Positions 29,615 to 38,537 of a stretch of DNA of 64,000 bases are shown piece by piece. How positions within the stretch are numbered: the first letter of the stretch is position 1; each line of letters starts with the position of its first letter. Position numbers and translations under genes: made by a program. The stretch is from a virus (Duplodnaviria; Caudoviricetes), in IMG/VR virus record IMGVR_UViG_3300028603_000017, positions 1-64,000 of that record. The stretch is one strand, 5' to 3'. The notes under the pieces were generated by a model. The model did not search any database, was not told where the DNA came from, and was given only the letters and a program-made list of their open reading frames with translations.

Positions 29615-31408
29615 ATGCCAAATCCAAACGATCCTATCGACATTACAAAGCCTGCCACTGAATTACTGATAGAGCAGTTTAATGTCTTAAATGATACCAA
29701 TCTAAATCATAACGATTTTTTATTCTCACTGCCTGAGCCAGCATCAGTACCGTCTACAGATATCAATACAAAGGTCGTATTGACACCTAAAGTATCTAGC
29801 GGATACTATACAAATAGAGAATTTTACTATACCCGTATTGATGTTGCTCAATTATTCAATAATGACAAAGTAGAGATTACTTATACTGAAGATGATGAAA
29901 ATCTCTCAGACATTATTGATCAGATCAATACAAAGTACGGTATTTACCTACAGGCATCAGACTATATTGATGTACCACTACCAGATTACGCTGAATTAGC
30001 TACCAATCCTAATCCCAGTATTGCCGTCGCTATTAATCCGGAATCTTACATTTATGTAGGTACGGGTAATTTGGTATTGGGCGAAAGAGTCAGACCTATT
30101 GATAACTACAACTATACCAGAAACATATTGGTAGTTACTGATAGTGAAGATAGTGGTATATTTGGCAATGATGTAGTCCTACTGGATACTGAATATAAAA
30201 AAGCCAGTTACTTTAAGGTATTTAGAAATACCACTCAAGTAGACTATTTTAGAGTAGATAAAGTCATTCCGCTATCTAATAGACGTTTCTATTTAGGTGG
30301 TCAATTTGAATTTGAAGCATCATTAGATGACGATCCTTTACAGGAATATGAATGCTCTGGCGTTATTATTGATACTTACGGTATGATCACCAAAGCCAGT
30401 GAAGAGCCATTATTTGGTCAAACTGCTAATAAGCATTATGGTAGGAATAAGAATATCGACAAGATTTATCTGGCAGATGTAGAAAATCTCATTACGCCAG
30501 CTGCCAGTATAAAGCTATACAAATACGATATTGATGGTGTGCTAGATGATATCTTTGACCCACAGCTAAGCTATAACCCTGTTATGGTCAGAGTCGATAG
30601 TGGTGGTAAAATCTATACAGTATCGCCTCAGTTTACTGGACCTTTACCAAACGATCCCTTAACGACTGGTAAACAGGTAAGAATTGATCGCCTCAATGAT
30701 GATGGTAGTATTGATAATAGTTTCTCACCTGTCAATATTAGAGTTAACTCTGGCGCTGATGATGTAATGCCTTTGTTAGATCTCTTACCTATGGATGGGG
30801 GAGGCTTTTTTGCCTGCTTTAAACCTATCTATGGTACCAGCGTATTATCTAGTTATCCTATTGTTAATGACGTACCCTTTGTCAGTGGTAGCGATCCTGA
30901 TGATTGTGCTTTTAATCCTGTTTTCAGAATAAACCAATCTGGTGGACTGGTAGGAGCATTTAAAACAGTATTACCTAACAATAAGCCAGAGACAGTCATG
31001 ATAGACGATGTTGACTTGGTTGAGGATAAATTCTCACTAATGTATGCTGATAATAAGTTATCAGTATTAACTTATCGTAATAACCCTATTACTGGCTTTG
31101 CTCAGTTTGGTGTGATGAATATGAGCATTAGTGGTAATATTAACAATATTGCACCTGAGAGATATGTTAACGATATCAGGTGGGAAAATATTGTGGCTAT
31201 GAATAAGTTTGATAATGGTCAATTTATTCTCTCTGGATTAGGTAGGATAAAGCTCCAGACAGGTGGATGGGGTAATGCCCAATATCTGATGGCTAGCTAC
31301 AATCAATCTGCACAGCTCACTGGTATCGTTTATCAGCCTGTGGTGGTAGGTACACCAAATGCACAAATCTATGATGTTAATGTTGTTGAGTGGTTGGTAG
31401 AAGCATGA
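29615..31408 (+). CDS. Virion protein: gp131-like N-terminal domain plus beta-propeller (delta-60-like repeats)
   Basis: NTKVVLTP...YY....FYYTRID; RLNDDGSIDNSF and YDIDGVLDDIF repeats. Confidence 0.7.
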   Translation: MPNPNDPIDITKPATELLIEQFNVLNDTNLNHNDFLFSLPEPASVPSTDINTKVVLTPKVSSGYYTNREFYYTRIDVAQLFNNDKVEITYTEDDENLSDIIDQINTKYGIYLQASDYIDVPLPDYAELATNPNPSIAVAINPESYIYVGTGNLVLGERVRPIDNYNYTRNILVVTDSEDSGIFGNDVVLLDTEYKKASYFKVFRNTTQVDYFRVDKVIPLSNRRFYLGGQFEFEASLDDDPLQEYECSGVIIDTYGMITKASEEPLFGQTANKHYGRNKNIDKIYLADVENLITPAASIKLYKYDIDGVLDDIFDPQLSYNPVMVRVDSGGKIYTVSPQFTGPLPNDPLTTGKQVRIDRLNDDGSIDNSFSPVNIRVNSGADDVMPLLDLLPMDGGGFFACFKPIYGTSVLSSYPIVNDVPFVSGSDPDDCAFNPVFRINQSGGLVGAFKTVLPNNKPETVMIDDVDLVEDKFSLMYADNKLSVLTYRNNPITGFAQFGVMNMSISGNINNIAPERYVNDIRWENIVAMNKFDNGQFILSGLGRIKLQTGGWGNAQYLMASYNQSAQLTGIVYQPVVVGTPNAQIYDVNVVEWLVEA

Positions 31409-31890
31409 GTACTTTGAATCTGCCTTATGCTAAACCTTTTGTATTTAAAATGATCAATGCTGAGCTAGAAATAGCTGCTGATCCTGATAACTATACTTTA
31501 AGCGATCCTATTGTATCCTTAGGTTTTTTTAATACAGAGGTTATTATCAGACCTTTGATCGTATCCAAGATATATGGTCGGCACTCATTTAAATACAATA
31601 GAGTTAAGCTAGAGGATTTAAATTCTCCTATTGAGATAGTAGTAGAAAATGAAACTAGGTTAGTTGATTTAATTCCTAAGATCAATGCTCTAGAATTATT
31701 TGATACCAGTATTCCTAGTCCACTTGATTTTCTAGATGAATTAGGTGTGCCTTATATTGGCTCAACAGAGATACTAGATAAACCATTGCCACCATTTGGT
31801 AGTGCTAGTCAAACATTTACGACATTGGTAGCTAGGCAAAATTCCTATATACTCAGTGGTGTAGCAGAAATTAAACTCATTAAAGGATAA
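31405..31890 (+). CDS. Virion protein, stand-alone gp131-like domain
   Basis: NTEVII.P.....YG...FKYNRV.L; ATGA overlap. Confidence 0.7.
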   Translation: MSTLNLPYAKPFVFKMINAELEIAADPDNYTLSDPIVSLGFFNTEVIIRPLIVSKIYGRHSFKYNRVKLEDLNSPIEIVVENETRLVDLIPKINALELFDTSIPSPLDFLDELGVPYIGSTEILDKPLPPFGSASQTFTTLVARQNSYILSGVAEIKLIKG

Positions 31891-31892
31891 TA

Positions 31893-32321
31893 ATGCCTAA
31901 TCCTGATTTAGACCCTAAAGTTAAACTCATTAGCGTATATAATGCCTATAGAGCAGCAAACAATAAAGATCCTTTAGAAGTAACTGATTATAACTTTGGT
32001 GTACCTGAAGAATATTCTGGTCCTAAGAGTACTAAGAATACAAAGATAATCTTAACTCCTACACCGACTTCACCTGCATATGGTACAATTATTTTGTACT
32101 ATAATCGAATTGATTTGGCTAACCTAACAGGTTTTTCAGTAGAAAAAGGCTCTGCTACTACTGTGTTAGGTTTACTAGATAAGATCAATGAAGAGTTAGG
32201 TGTAGAGCTAACACCTATGGATGTGGAAGAAGCAGCCTTAGGTGCAGGTAGCTCTTTTACCCTAACTGTAACTGACCAATGTATGATCTTTTATGGATCT
32301 ACGACTATTGGTTTAACTTAA
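31893..32321 (+). CDS. Virion protein, stand-alone gp131-like domain
   Basis: FGVP...NTKIILTP....AYG...LYYNRIDL..INEELGVEL..D. Confidence 0.75.
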   Translation: MPNPDLDPKVKLISVYNAYRAANNKDPLEVTDYNFGVPEEYSGPKSTKNTKIILTPTPTSPAYGTIILYYNRIDLANLTGFSVEKGSATTVLGLLDKINEELGVELTPMDVEEAALGAGSSFTLTVTDQCMIFYGSTTIGLT

Positions 32322-32332
32322 ACCATTATACA

Positions 32333-32361
32333 CTCCAGAGTCCTACTATAGGACTCTGGAG
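32333..32361. terminator. Intergenic palindrome H11
   Basis: ctccagagtccta-cta-taggactctggag, then ctatgtcg. Confidence 0.75.
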
Positions 32362-32421
32362 CTATGTCGTCATTTTTTTATTAATCATTCAAATACTTTA
32401 GACGACTAAAAGAATATACCA

Positions 32422-33360
32422 ATGGATTTTAAAGAAGAAACCACACATTTACATCATATAACCAGAAGCAGTAAAACCATATTGTTTTATAAAAAGCTCA
32501 ATATCTTTAGCTTCCTATCAGCATATGTGTTTTACGAATGGTTTAAAAAGCACGGTATGTTAGAACAATTGGAATTGATACCTGTTGTTCATCCTAAAGA
32601 TATTTATATCCATAGTTCAGTATTTAAAAATAATCACGTTATTTTTATTGATATCGACATCACTAAGAAAACAATCAAACACTTTATTGTTCACTCTAAG
32701 ACAATGGAGTTCTTTGATAACAAAAGATCGACTGAAATTATCAAAGAATATTTAGTTAACTCTATCTTACCAAAAGAGTTATTAGCCAAAGCTAATTTTT
32801 ATAATCATAGCAAAACCAGTGTTTTGTATGTAGTCTATAGGGCTATTACAAAAGATGATTACCCTAAAGTCTTTACAGATTTAGAGGAATTCTCTTACGA
32901 TAAGTTTACCAATAAGGTAACAGATTACAATTTAAGACTACCAGCTATCATTGGTAATAATTTTGATATTGTTGATAACTTCGTAAGAAATGATGCTCAT
33001 CTGGCTTATAAAGCAACACTCAATAGTCGAATTGTGGTAGGTTATCTAACAGATCAAGCATTAACGACTGTTTATAATAATTCATACGCTTGTGATTATA
33101 ATAATTATAAAGCAGCTGTTATCAATAACACTATATCAAACTCGATGTTCATAATAGCGGTTATGCTATCTGTCGAACATATAGATTTTGCTATTTGCTA
33201 CGAAAAGATAGGTAATATATTTAACTACAAGATCGTCACCAGAAATAAGAATATTGATTTAATTAAACTATTTAAAAAATATGAACCTATAGGTTATACA
33301 GATTGTGTTTGGTTCAGTACCAATAATCAGATTTTATCTAAATACAAAATATCAGTTTAA
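32422..33360 (+). CDS. Degenerate DHH/DHHA1 phosphoesterase-like protein
   Basis: Spacing ILFY..SFLSAY / VIFIDI / FFDNK / AAVIN / DFAICY follows phage DHH proteins, but the DxD and DHH residues are missing. Confidence 0.5.
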   Translation: MDFKEETTHLHHITRSSKTILFYKKLNIFSFLSAYVFYEWFKKHGMLEQLELIPVVHPKDIYIHSSVFKNNHVIFIDIDITKKTIKHFIVHSKTMEFFDNKRSTEIIKEYLVNSILPKELLAKANFYNHSKTSVLYVVYRAITKDDYPKVFTDLEEFSYDKFTNKVTDYNLRLPAIIGNNFDIVDNFVRNDAHLAYKATLNSRIVVGYLTDQALTTVYNNSYACDYNNYKAAVINNTISNSMFIIAVMLSVEHIDFAICYEKIGNIFNYKIVTRNKNIDLIKLFKKYEPIGYTDCVWFSTNNQILSKYKISV

Positions 33361-33361
33361 T

Positions 33362-33496
33362 ATGAGAAAAAGAAAGAAACAATTAATGAGACGAATTAGA
33401 TTTCAATATCTAGAAGCTAAAGAATACGAACAACAAATGCTTCGAGCACTTGAACAAGGTTTTATTTCAGGAAGAGCTAAACAATGTCAGAATTAA
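33362..33496 (+). CDS. Small basic hypothetical protein
   Basis: 44 aa filling the gap between operon genes. Confidence 0.45.
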   Translation: MRKRKKQLMRRIRFQYLEAKEYEQQMLRALEQGFISGRAKQCQN

Positions 33497-34062
33497 GTGA
33501 AAAAGACGAAACGAATCTCGTCAAAGAAACTATTGATGAAGTTATTGATACTGTGTTGTCTCCTCAGATAGATATACCTCATTCACAGAACCAAAAGCAA
33601 AAAAATAAACAATACTACATTATTCCTGTACTGGTAGATGTTGTTCCTATCACTAGCGAAACTCATGATAAACTACCTCAGGTTTTTGTAAAGCCATATT
33701 CTCTTGTATTTAAATCCCTTATTCGTAACGGTAATGTTGATAGAGAGACTTTCTTTAAACACGCTAAGAAAGCTACTGTGATGGATATGGCTGAAGCAGC
33801 CATTAATGCTTCATACTACGAAATGATAAAAGCCAATGGCGTTACGCTTAATTGGGAAGAAGCCAATGCTGCTTTGCTTGTAGGTCAACATATTACCAGA
33901 TGCTATTGGCAGCAAAACCATATTTCTATGACTGTATTTCAAAATGGTGATTTAGACCACCATGCTCCTTTGAGGATCTATTCAAACGGTAAAGCTTTTA
34001 TTAACACTGGCTGGAATCCTACTGAGGATGACAAATCTGCAACAGACTGGATTATTGTATAA
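33484..34062 (+). CDS. Protein with C-terminal DUF2829 (Tad2-like) domain
   Basis: LNWEEANAALLVGQHITRCYW...GWNPTEDDKSATDWIIV. Confidence 0.7.
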   Translation: MSELSEKDETNLVKETIDEVIDTVLSPQIDIPHSQNQKQKNKQYYIIPVLVDVVPITSETHDKLPQVFVKPYSLVFKSLIRNGNVDRETFFKHAKKATVMDMAEAAINASYYEMIKANGVTLNWEEANAALLVGQHITRCYWQQNHISMTVFQNGDLDHHAPLRIYSNGKAFINTGWNPTEDDKSATDWIIV

Positions 34063-35585
34063 TGACTATTGAAAATAAAGCAGCTAATATTGAAGTGGGT
34101 ATTACAGATCACTATGACCCTGAAGTACAAGCTATGCTCATGGCTATGTATTCTAGATCGTATGGTCCTATTGCTAATCGTTTACCTAGCAACGAAGAAT
34201 CTGTTCAAGAACATAAAGAAAAACTAGGACGATTCTATACCGGATACGGTCATCGCTCAATTGGCCAACTAGGCTCTACCGCTATTTGGTTAGAAGGCGT
34301 GTCTCAATTAGCAGCTAAAGCTATTGAATATCATCCTCTATTTAATGGTCAAGAATCATCTACTAGATACATTGATTATTCTAATCAACCTATGTATGTA
34401 CCTAGTTTTGATTCAGGTAATGCTCAAGGTAAAGAATTGTCTCACCAAGTACAGCAATGGCAGGAAAAGTGGAGAGCTTTTTATGTCAAAGCTTTACCTT
34501 TGACTATTGAGATGATTAAAGAGCAGTTTCCTTATGATGTTCAGTATCCTGGTGATGCTACAGAAGAACAGCATAAGAAGCAAAGAACTACTTGGGAAAA
34601 TACAATCAAAGCCAGAGCTTTTGATATTTGTGGTGGTTTCTTGCCAGCAGGCTCTACAACCAATGTAGGTTTCTTTGGTACCTTTGATACACTCAATGAT
34701 CACTTTGGTGAAATGCTCCACCATCCCTGTGAAGAGATGAGAAATATTGCTGTGGAAGTTCTCACGAAGATGAAAGAAAAATATCCGTATGGTACTATGG
34801 ATATTGAAAAGCTTAGAGAACAATACAGCTACGTTACACCATTTCACTTTTATCCCAATGGTTGGGACACTAAGAATGAACACGTACCACTAGAAGTAGA
34901 GGTAAGTAATCTAAAGAGTGTTCATGAAGGTTTTGAAGAGCTTGCAGCTAACCGTAAGAAAGGTCAGAAGTTCGATAGAGTAACATCTTCTAGATTTAAT
35001 CTGATCTTCAAAGGCCATTTAGACTTTAGATCCTATCGTGATCTGCATCGCCATCGTAATGGCGTTATTGACATGTGGTGGCTAGCTCCTTATAAAGAAA
35101 ACATCCATTCTTTTTATAGAGACAACATTCCTCAGAGTTTACTGCCTGAATTAGAAGCACTAGAAAAAGAATTCAGTGATTTCTTTGATGGTTTTATAGG
35201 AAGTGATGTTACTACTATCTCAGAACTACAATATGCTGTACCTATGGGTTATGAAATTCCTGTGACGTACAAATGTGATCTCAACCAAGCTATGTATATT
35301 CTGGAGCTGCGCTCTGGTAAGACAGTACATAATACACTAAGACATTTGATTCAATATTGGGCAGAGATCTTTAATAAGACGTTTAGCAACACTTTTAAGA
35401 TCCATGTGGATTTTGATAAGGATAACTTCACTCTGCGCAGGGGTACACAAACCTTTAGTGAAGAAGCTATGAAAGAGCTGACAGACCAACCTGTTGGTGA
35501 AACTAAACCTACCAATATTGAACATGCTCCTACAGTAGAAAAGCTCCTGTATCAAACAGACTTTAATCAAAACACTATTCATTAA
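34062..35585 (+). CDS. thyX: Flavin-dependent thymidylate synthase (long two-domain form)
   Basis: YGHRSIGQ, QESSTRY, ARAFDI..GFLP, RDLHRHR, ELRS..TVH. Confidence 0.9.
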   Translation: MTIENKAANIEVGITDHYDPEVQAMLMAMYSRSYGPIANRLPSNEESVQEHKEKLGRFYTGYGHRSIGQLGSTAIWLEGVSQLAAKAIEYHPLFNGQESSTRYIDYSNQPMYVPSFDSGNAQGKELSHQVQQWQEKWRAFYVKALPLTIEMIKEQFPYDVQYPGDATEEQHKKQRTTWENTIKARAFDICGGFLPAGSTTNVGFFGTFDTLNDHFGEMLHHPCEEMRNIAVEVLTKMKEKYPYGTMDIEKLREQYSYVTPFHFYPNGWDTKNEHVPLEVEVSNLKSVHEGFEELAANRKKGQKFDRVTSSRFNLIFKGHLDFRSYRDLHRHRNGVIDMWWLAPYKENIHSFYRDNIPQSLLPELEALEKEFSDFFDGFIGSDVTTISELQYAVPMGYEIPVTYKCDLNQAMYILELRSGKTVHNTLRHLIQYWAEIFNKTFSNTFKIHVDFDKDNFTLRRGTQTFSEEAMKELTDQPVGETKPTNIEHAPTVEKLLYQTDFNQNTIH

Positions 35586-35587
35586 TT

Positions 35588-35980
35588 ATGGGAATCAATT
35601 CAGCTATTATTGCAGTAGATTTTGATGGTACTGTGGTCGATCACCGTTTTGAGAGTAAAACAGACTTAGTACCACATGCTCCTCACGCAGTAAGAACACT
35701 CAAAGACCTTACCAATAGTGGAGCTAGACTGATACTTTGGACTATGCGTTCTGGCTCTAAGCTAGATGAAGCAGTTCAGTGGTATGAGGACAACAATATC
35801 CCTTTATGGGGAGTCCAAAAGAACCCTGAACAAGAAACATGGTCACAATCTCCTAAAGCATATGCACAAATCTATATTGATGATGCTGCATTAGGAGCAC
35901 CACTGATTAAACCTGAAGGCTTTGCCAGACCATGTATTGACTGGCTGGCTGTCAGGAAATACTTCCAAATGAAAGACTAA
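35588..35980 (+). CDS. HAD-superfamily phosphatase
   Basis: IAVDFDGTVV, LILWTMR, SPKAYAQIYIDD. Confidence 0.88.
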   Translation: MGINSAIIAVDFDGTVVDHRFESKTDLVPHAPHAVRTLKDLTNSGARLILWTMRSGSKLDEAVQWYEDNNIPLWGVQKNPEQETWSQSPKAYAQIYIDDAALGAPLIKPEGFARPCIDWLAVRKYFQMKD

Positions 35981-35990
35981 ATAAACATAG

Positions 35991-36022
35991 ATACAGGACT
36001 GGTTTCATTACCAGTCCTGTAT
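35991..36022. terminator. Intergenic palindrome H12
   Basis: acatag-atacaggactggt-ttcatt-accagtcctgtat-tatg. Confidence 0.75.
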
Positions 36023-36086
36023 TATGCAGTTATATATTTTTTTACTATGGTCTCCAATATTTTGAATTATTTATATTTTGTTTTGA

Positions 36087-36416
36087 ATGACAGAAGAATT
36101 AATACCTAATCAGCTACAAGCTAATGTTCTCATTAATGATTTAAAGAATGTCGTAAAGACTCGCTTACTGGGTATTAATGAATGCATTAGACAACTTAGA
36201 AAGAATGAAAGAGCTATTACAGATTACAAAGATAAACTTAATCTGTATAAACTGGCTAGAGCTCAAACCAATACTGTTTTAAATAAGTTAGTTAATCTCC
36301 TGAATAAAGGAGAATTTACTCTAACAGAATTTAAACAATTAAAACAAGAATTTATAGAAATGACTATTCCAGATATAGAAAAACAAAGGACTGATGATGA
36401 GTTTGAGCACAGTTAA
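36087..36416 (+). CDS. Hypothetical coiled-coil protein
   Basis: 109-aa ORF in operon. Confidence 0.65.
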   Translation: MTEELIPNQLQANVLINDLKNVVKTRLLGINECIRQLRKNERAITDYKDKLNLYKLARAQTNTVLNKLVNLLNKGEFTLTEFKQLKQEFIEMTIPDIEKQRTDDEFEHS

Positions 36417-36969
36417 ACGCAGAAGTGTATTTCTATCTATCTTTTTAGAATTGAAAAATGATGAAAGACTAGATAAAGATATCTATACTCATCTAGAGAT
36501 TAATGATAATGGTAATCCTACCATTACAGTAGAAGATTCTAAAAATAAGAATACATGCTATATTCAGTATAGTCCTGGTACTGATAGCTTTAAAATAGAG
36601 CATTGGGCAGGACTGCCTAATACTGCCTTTAATTTAGGATTAGCTCCTGAACTAGTATTAACTACCTATATTCAAAATGAATCTGGGTATATCAACCGCA
36701 TTAAATCCACTATTGTTAAAGCACTTGACTATGAATCAGCTTATAAGCAATGGATTTTAAATGGTAATAATCCTAAGATAGTGGCTAATACCTATAGTGT
36801 AGATGGTATTAAGGATTTACCTGAAAACCAAGTATTGGTCAAAGAAATACAACTAGAGCAATCAAAACCTGGCGTAAAGTCTTATACAGTCGTTAATAAA
36901 CGCAACCAGACTTTTACATTTTCATATGCTGATTTCCACAGCAAGTTTCAACTCAATTTATCGCAATAA
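36394..36969 (+). CDS. Hypothetical protein
   Basis: 191-aa ORF, AAGGA upstream. Confidence 0.7.
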   Translation: MMSLSTVKRRSVFLSIFLELKNDERLDKDIYTHLEINDNGNPTITVEDSKNKNTCYIQYSPGTDSFKIEHWAGLPNTAFNLGLAPELVLTTYIQNESGYINRIKSTIVKALDYESAYKQWILNGNNPKIVANTYSVDGIKDLPENQVLVKEIQLEQSKPGVKSYTVVNKRNQTFTFSYADFHSKFQLNLSQ

Positions 36970-36982
36970 AGGAAAGACAATC

Positions 36983-37465
36983 ATGGCAACCAAGAAATCT
37001 CCTACTAAAGCAGTAAAGACTACTGCTAAAAAACCTGCTACTAAAAAAACTACAGTTAAACCTGAAGTCAAAACTAAAGAACAAACCAAACCTGTTGCAA
37101 AGACAGCTGTAAAACCTGTAGCTAAAAAGACAGTTAAGCCAGCAGCTAAGAAAGATGTTGTAAAACCAACTGTTGTCAAAGAAGCCAAACCTGGCAAAGC
37201 TATGACTCCTGGTAATATAAAGGTAGCTGTTAAAAAGCCTGAGCCTAAAAAGGTAGAAGCAAAGCCTGTAATCGCCTCTACTCCTGCTGTCGTAGCTCAG
37301 CCTACCCAGACTATTGGTAAAGTATCTTTATCGTCTATAACCAAGTCTGTACCGGCTCCTACTCATGTAGCTAAGCCTGGTGCTGGTAAGATCTCTTTTG
37401 CTGATCTGATGTCTAAGATGACCAGCAATATGAGCTCAGCTGTTGTTAGTGGTCAAGCTAGATGA
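36983..37465 (+). CDS. Histone H1-like Lys/Ala/Pro/Thr-rich protein
   Basis: MATKKSPTKAVKTTAKKPATKK..., repeated VKP/AKK units; AAGGA RBS. Confidence 0.7.
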   Translation: MATKKSPTKAVKTTAKKPATKKTTVKPEVKTKEQTKPVAKTAVKPVAKKTVKPAAKKDVVKPTVVKEAKPGKAMTPGNIKVAVKKPEPKKVEAKPVIASTPAVVAQPTQTIGKVSLSSITKSVPAPTHVAKPGAGKISFADLMSKMTSNMSSAVVSGQAR

Positions 37466-37695
37466 ATAATAGTTTTAATGATTTAGATGATGGTTTTTAT
37501 ATAGTCAACGGTATATTCGATCAAATGTGCTTAGTTAAACTATATAGAAATCCAGACACAAATCAAAGAGGTATTGGATTTGGCATCTGGGATGGATCTG
37601 GATTTATACCTCTAACAGATCTATCGCCAGAGACCAAATTAGATAGAGTAGATATTTCTATTATGGGAACTTCAATATCGCACTCTGTTCTTTAA
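37462..37695 (+). CDS. Hypothetical protein
   Basis: ATGA overlap; GIGFGIWDGSGFIPL.DL. Confidence 0.65.
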   Translation: MNNSFNDLDDGFYIVNGIFDQMCLVKLYRNPDTNQRGIGFGIWDGSGFIPLTDLSPETKLDRVDISIMGTSISHSVL

Positions 37696-37704
37696 CAGCA
37701 TATA

Positions 37705-37731
37705 CTCCAGGTAGGACTAACCTACCTGGAG
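37705..37731. terminator. Palindrome H13 between convergent genes
   Basis: cata-ta-ctccaggtagg-actaa-cctacctggag-c-tatg; stem identical to H6. Confidence 0.8.
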
Positions 37732-37739
37732 CTATGTTG

Positions 37740-38444
37740 TCAAGATAATGGAAATGGTTTATTAGGCACAATAAAATTAGATATATATCTAGCTATTCCT
37801 CTGGTAATTCTAAATTGCTGCATATAGCCAGAATACGGATAATAATTACCGCTATCATACATAGTTCTACCTATCTGTAAGGGCATAGCGGGGTTTGCTG
37901 AATAGTTAGTTGGCATGCCAGCCACCATAACGCCGTTTACAAATAGCCTTAAATAATCATTATGATTAGTAGCAGCAATATGTTGCCATTGGTCTGCCAC
38001 TATCACACTATCGCTATTTAAACCAGAAATGCCAATAAATGAAAAACCAATTCTACCGTTAAGGCCAGCATTTATTGCGAATAACCAACCATTAACTCCA
38101 CCATTACGATTAGTAGCTATAGTCATTCTGTCTACTATATTGCTAGGTTTTATAAAACATTCTACTGTAAAGTCAGTATATGCTAATCCATAATCGCTTT
38201 CATAAACACTAACTAATGAGTTAGCGTAATGATTAAACAATATTGAATTAGAACCAAATTTAGGATCTACACTACTTGAAGTAGTATTATTGAAACTAAA
38301 TATTTTACCTTTAGCGTCATTAAAATTATTATTTGTTGGAATAAAATCTGTTCCTGGAATTAAACAAATCACTTGATCCCAATAGGGATCATGATCAAGA
38401 CTCAGTGCCTCCCTCCCTCGTCTCAATAATTTAGATATTCCCAT
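37740..38444 (-). CDS. LamG/concanavalin A-like domain protein (KxLRR family)
   Basis: MGISKLLRRG, DPYWDQV, DFTVECFIKP, QWQHIA, FRITRGIARY..NF.VP..PFP. Confidence 0.85.
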   Translation of the reverse strand: MGISKLLRRGREALSLDHDPYWDQVICLIPGTDFIPTNNNFNDAKGKIFSFNNTTSSSVDPKFGSNSILFNHYANSLVSVYESDYGLAYTDFTVECFIKPSNIVDRMTIATNRNGGVNGWLFAINAGLNGRIGFSFIGISGLNSDSVIVADQWQHIAATNHNDYLRLFVNGVMVAGMPTNYSANPAMPLQIGRTMYDSGNYYPYSGYMQQFRITRGIARYISNFIVPNKPFPLS

Positions 38445-38492
38445 ATTGTTGTCCGTATAGTAAATAAAGCTATAGAATTTGATTAAGACATA

Positions 38493-38531
38493 TTACCTAA
38501 TAGACAGGGATTACACCTGTCTATTAGGTAA
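38493..38531. terminator. Intergenic palindrome H14
   Basis: gacata-ttacctaatagacagg-gattaca-cctgtctattaggtaa-atgtcg. Confidence 0.75.
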
Positions 38532-38537
38532 ATGTCG

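Noticed and set aside
23850-35585. Uracil-containing or hypermodified DNA pathway
   Set aside because: ThyX and Tmk point to normal dTTP synthesis. The 2OG oxygenase is P4H-like rather than TET/JBP-like, and no glycosyl- or amino-transferases are present.
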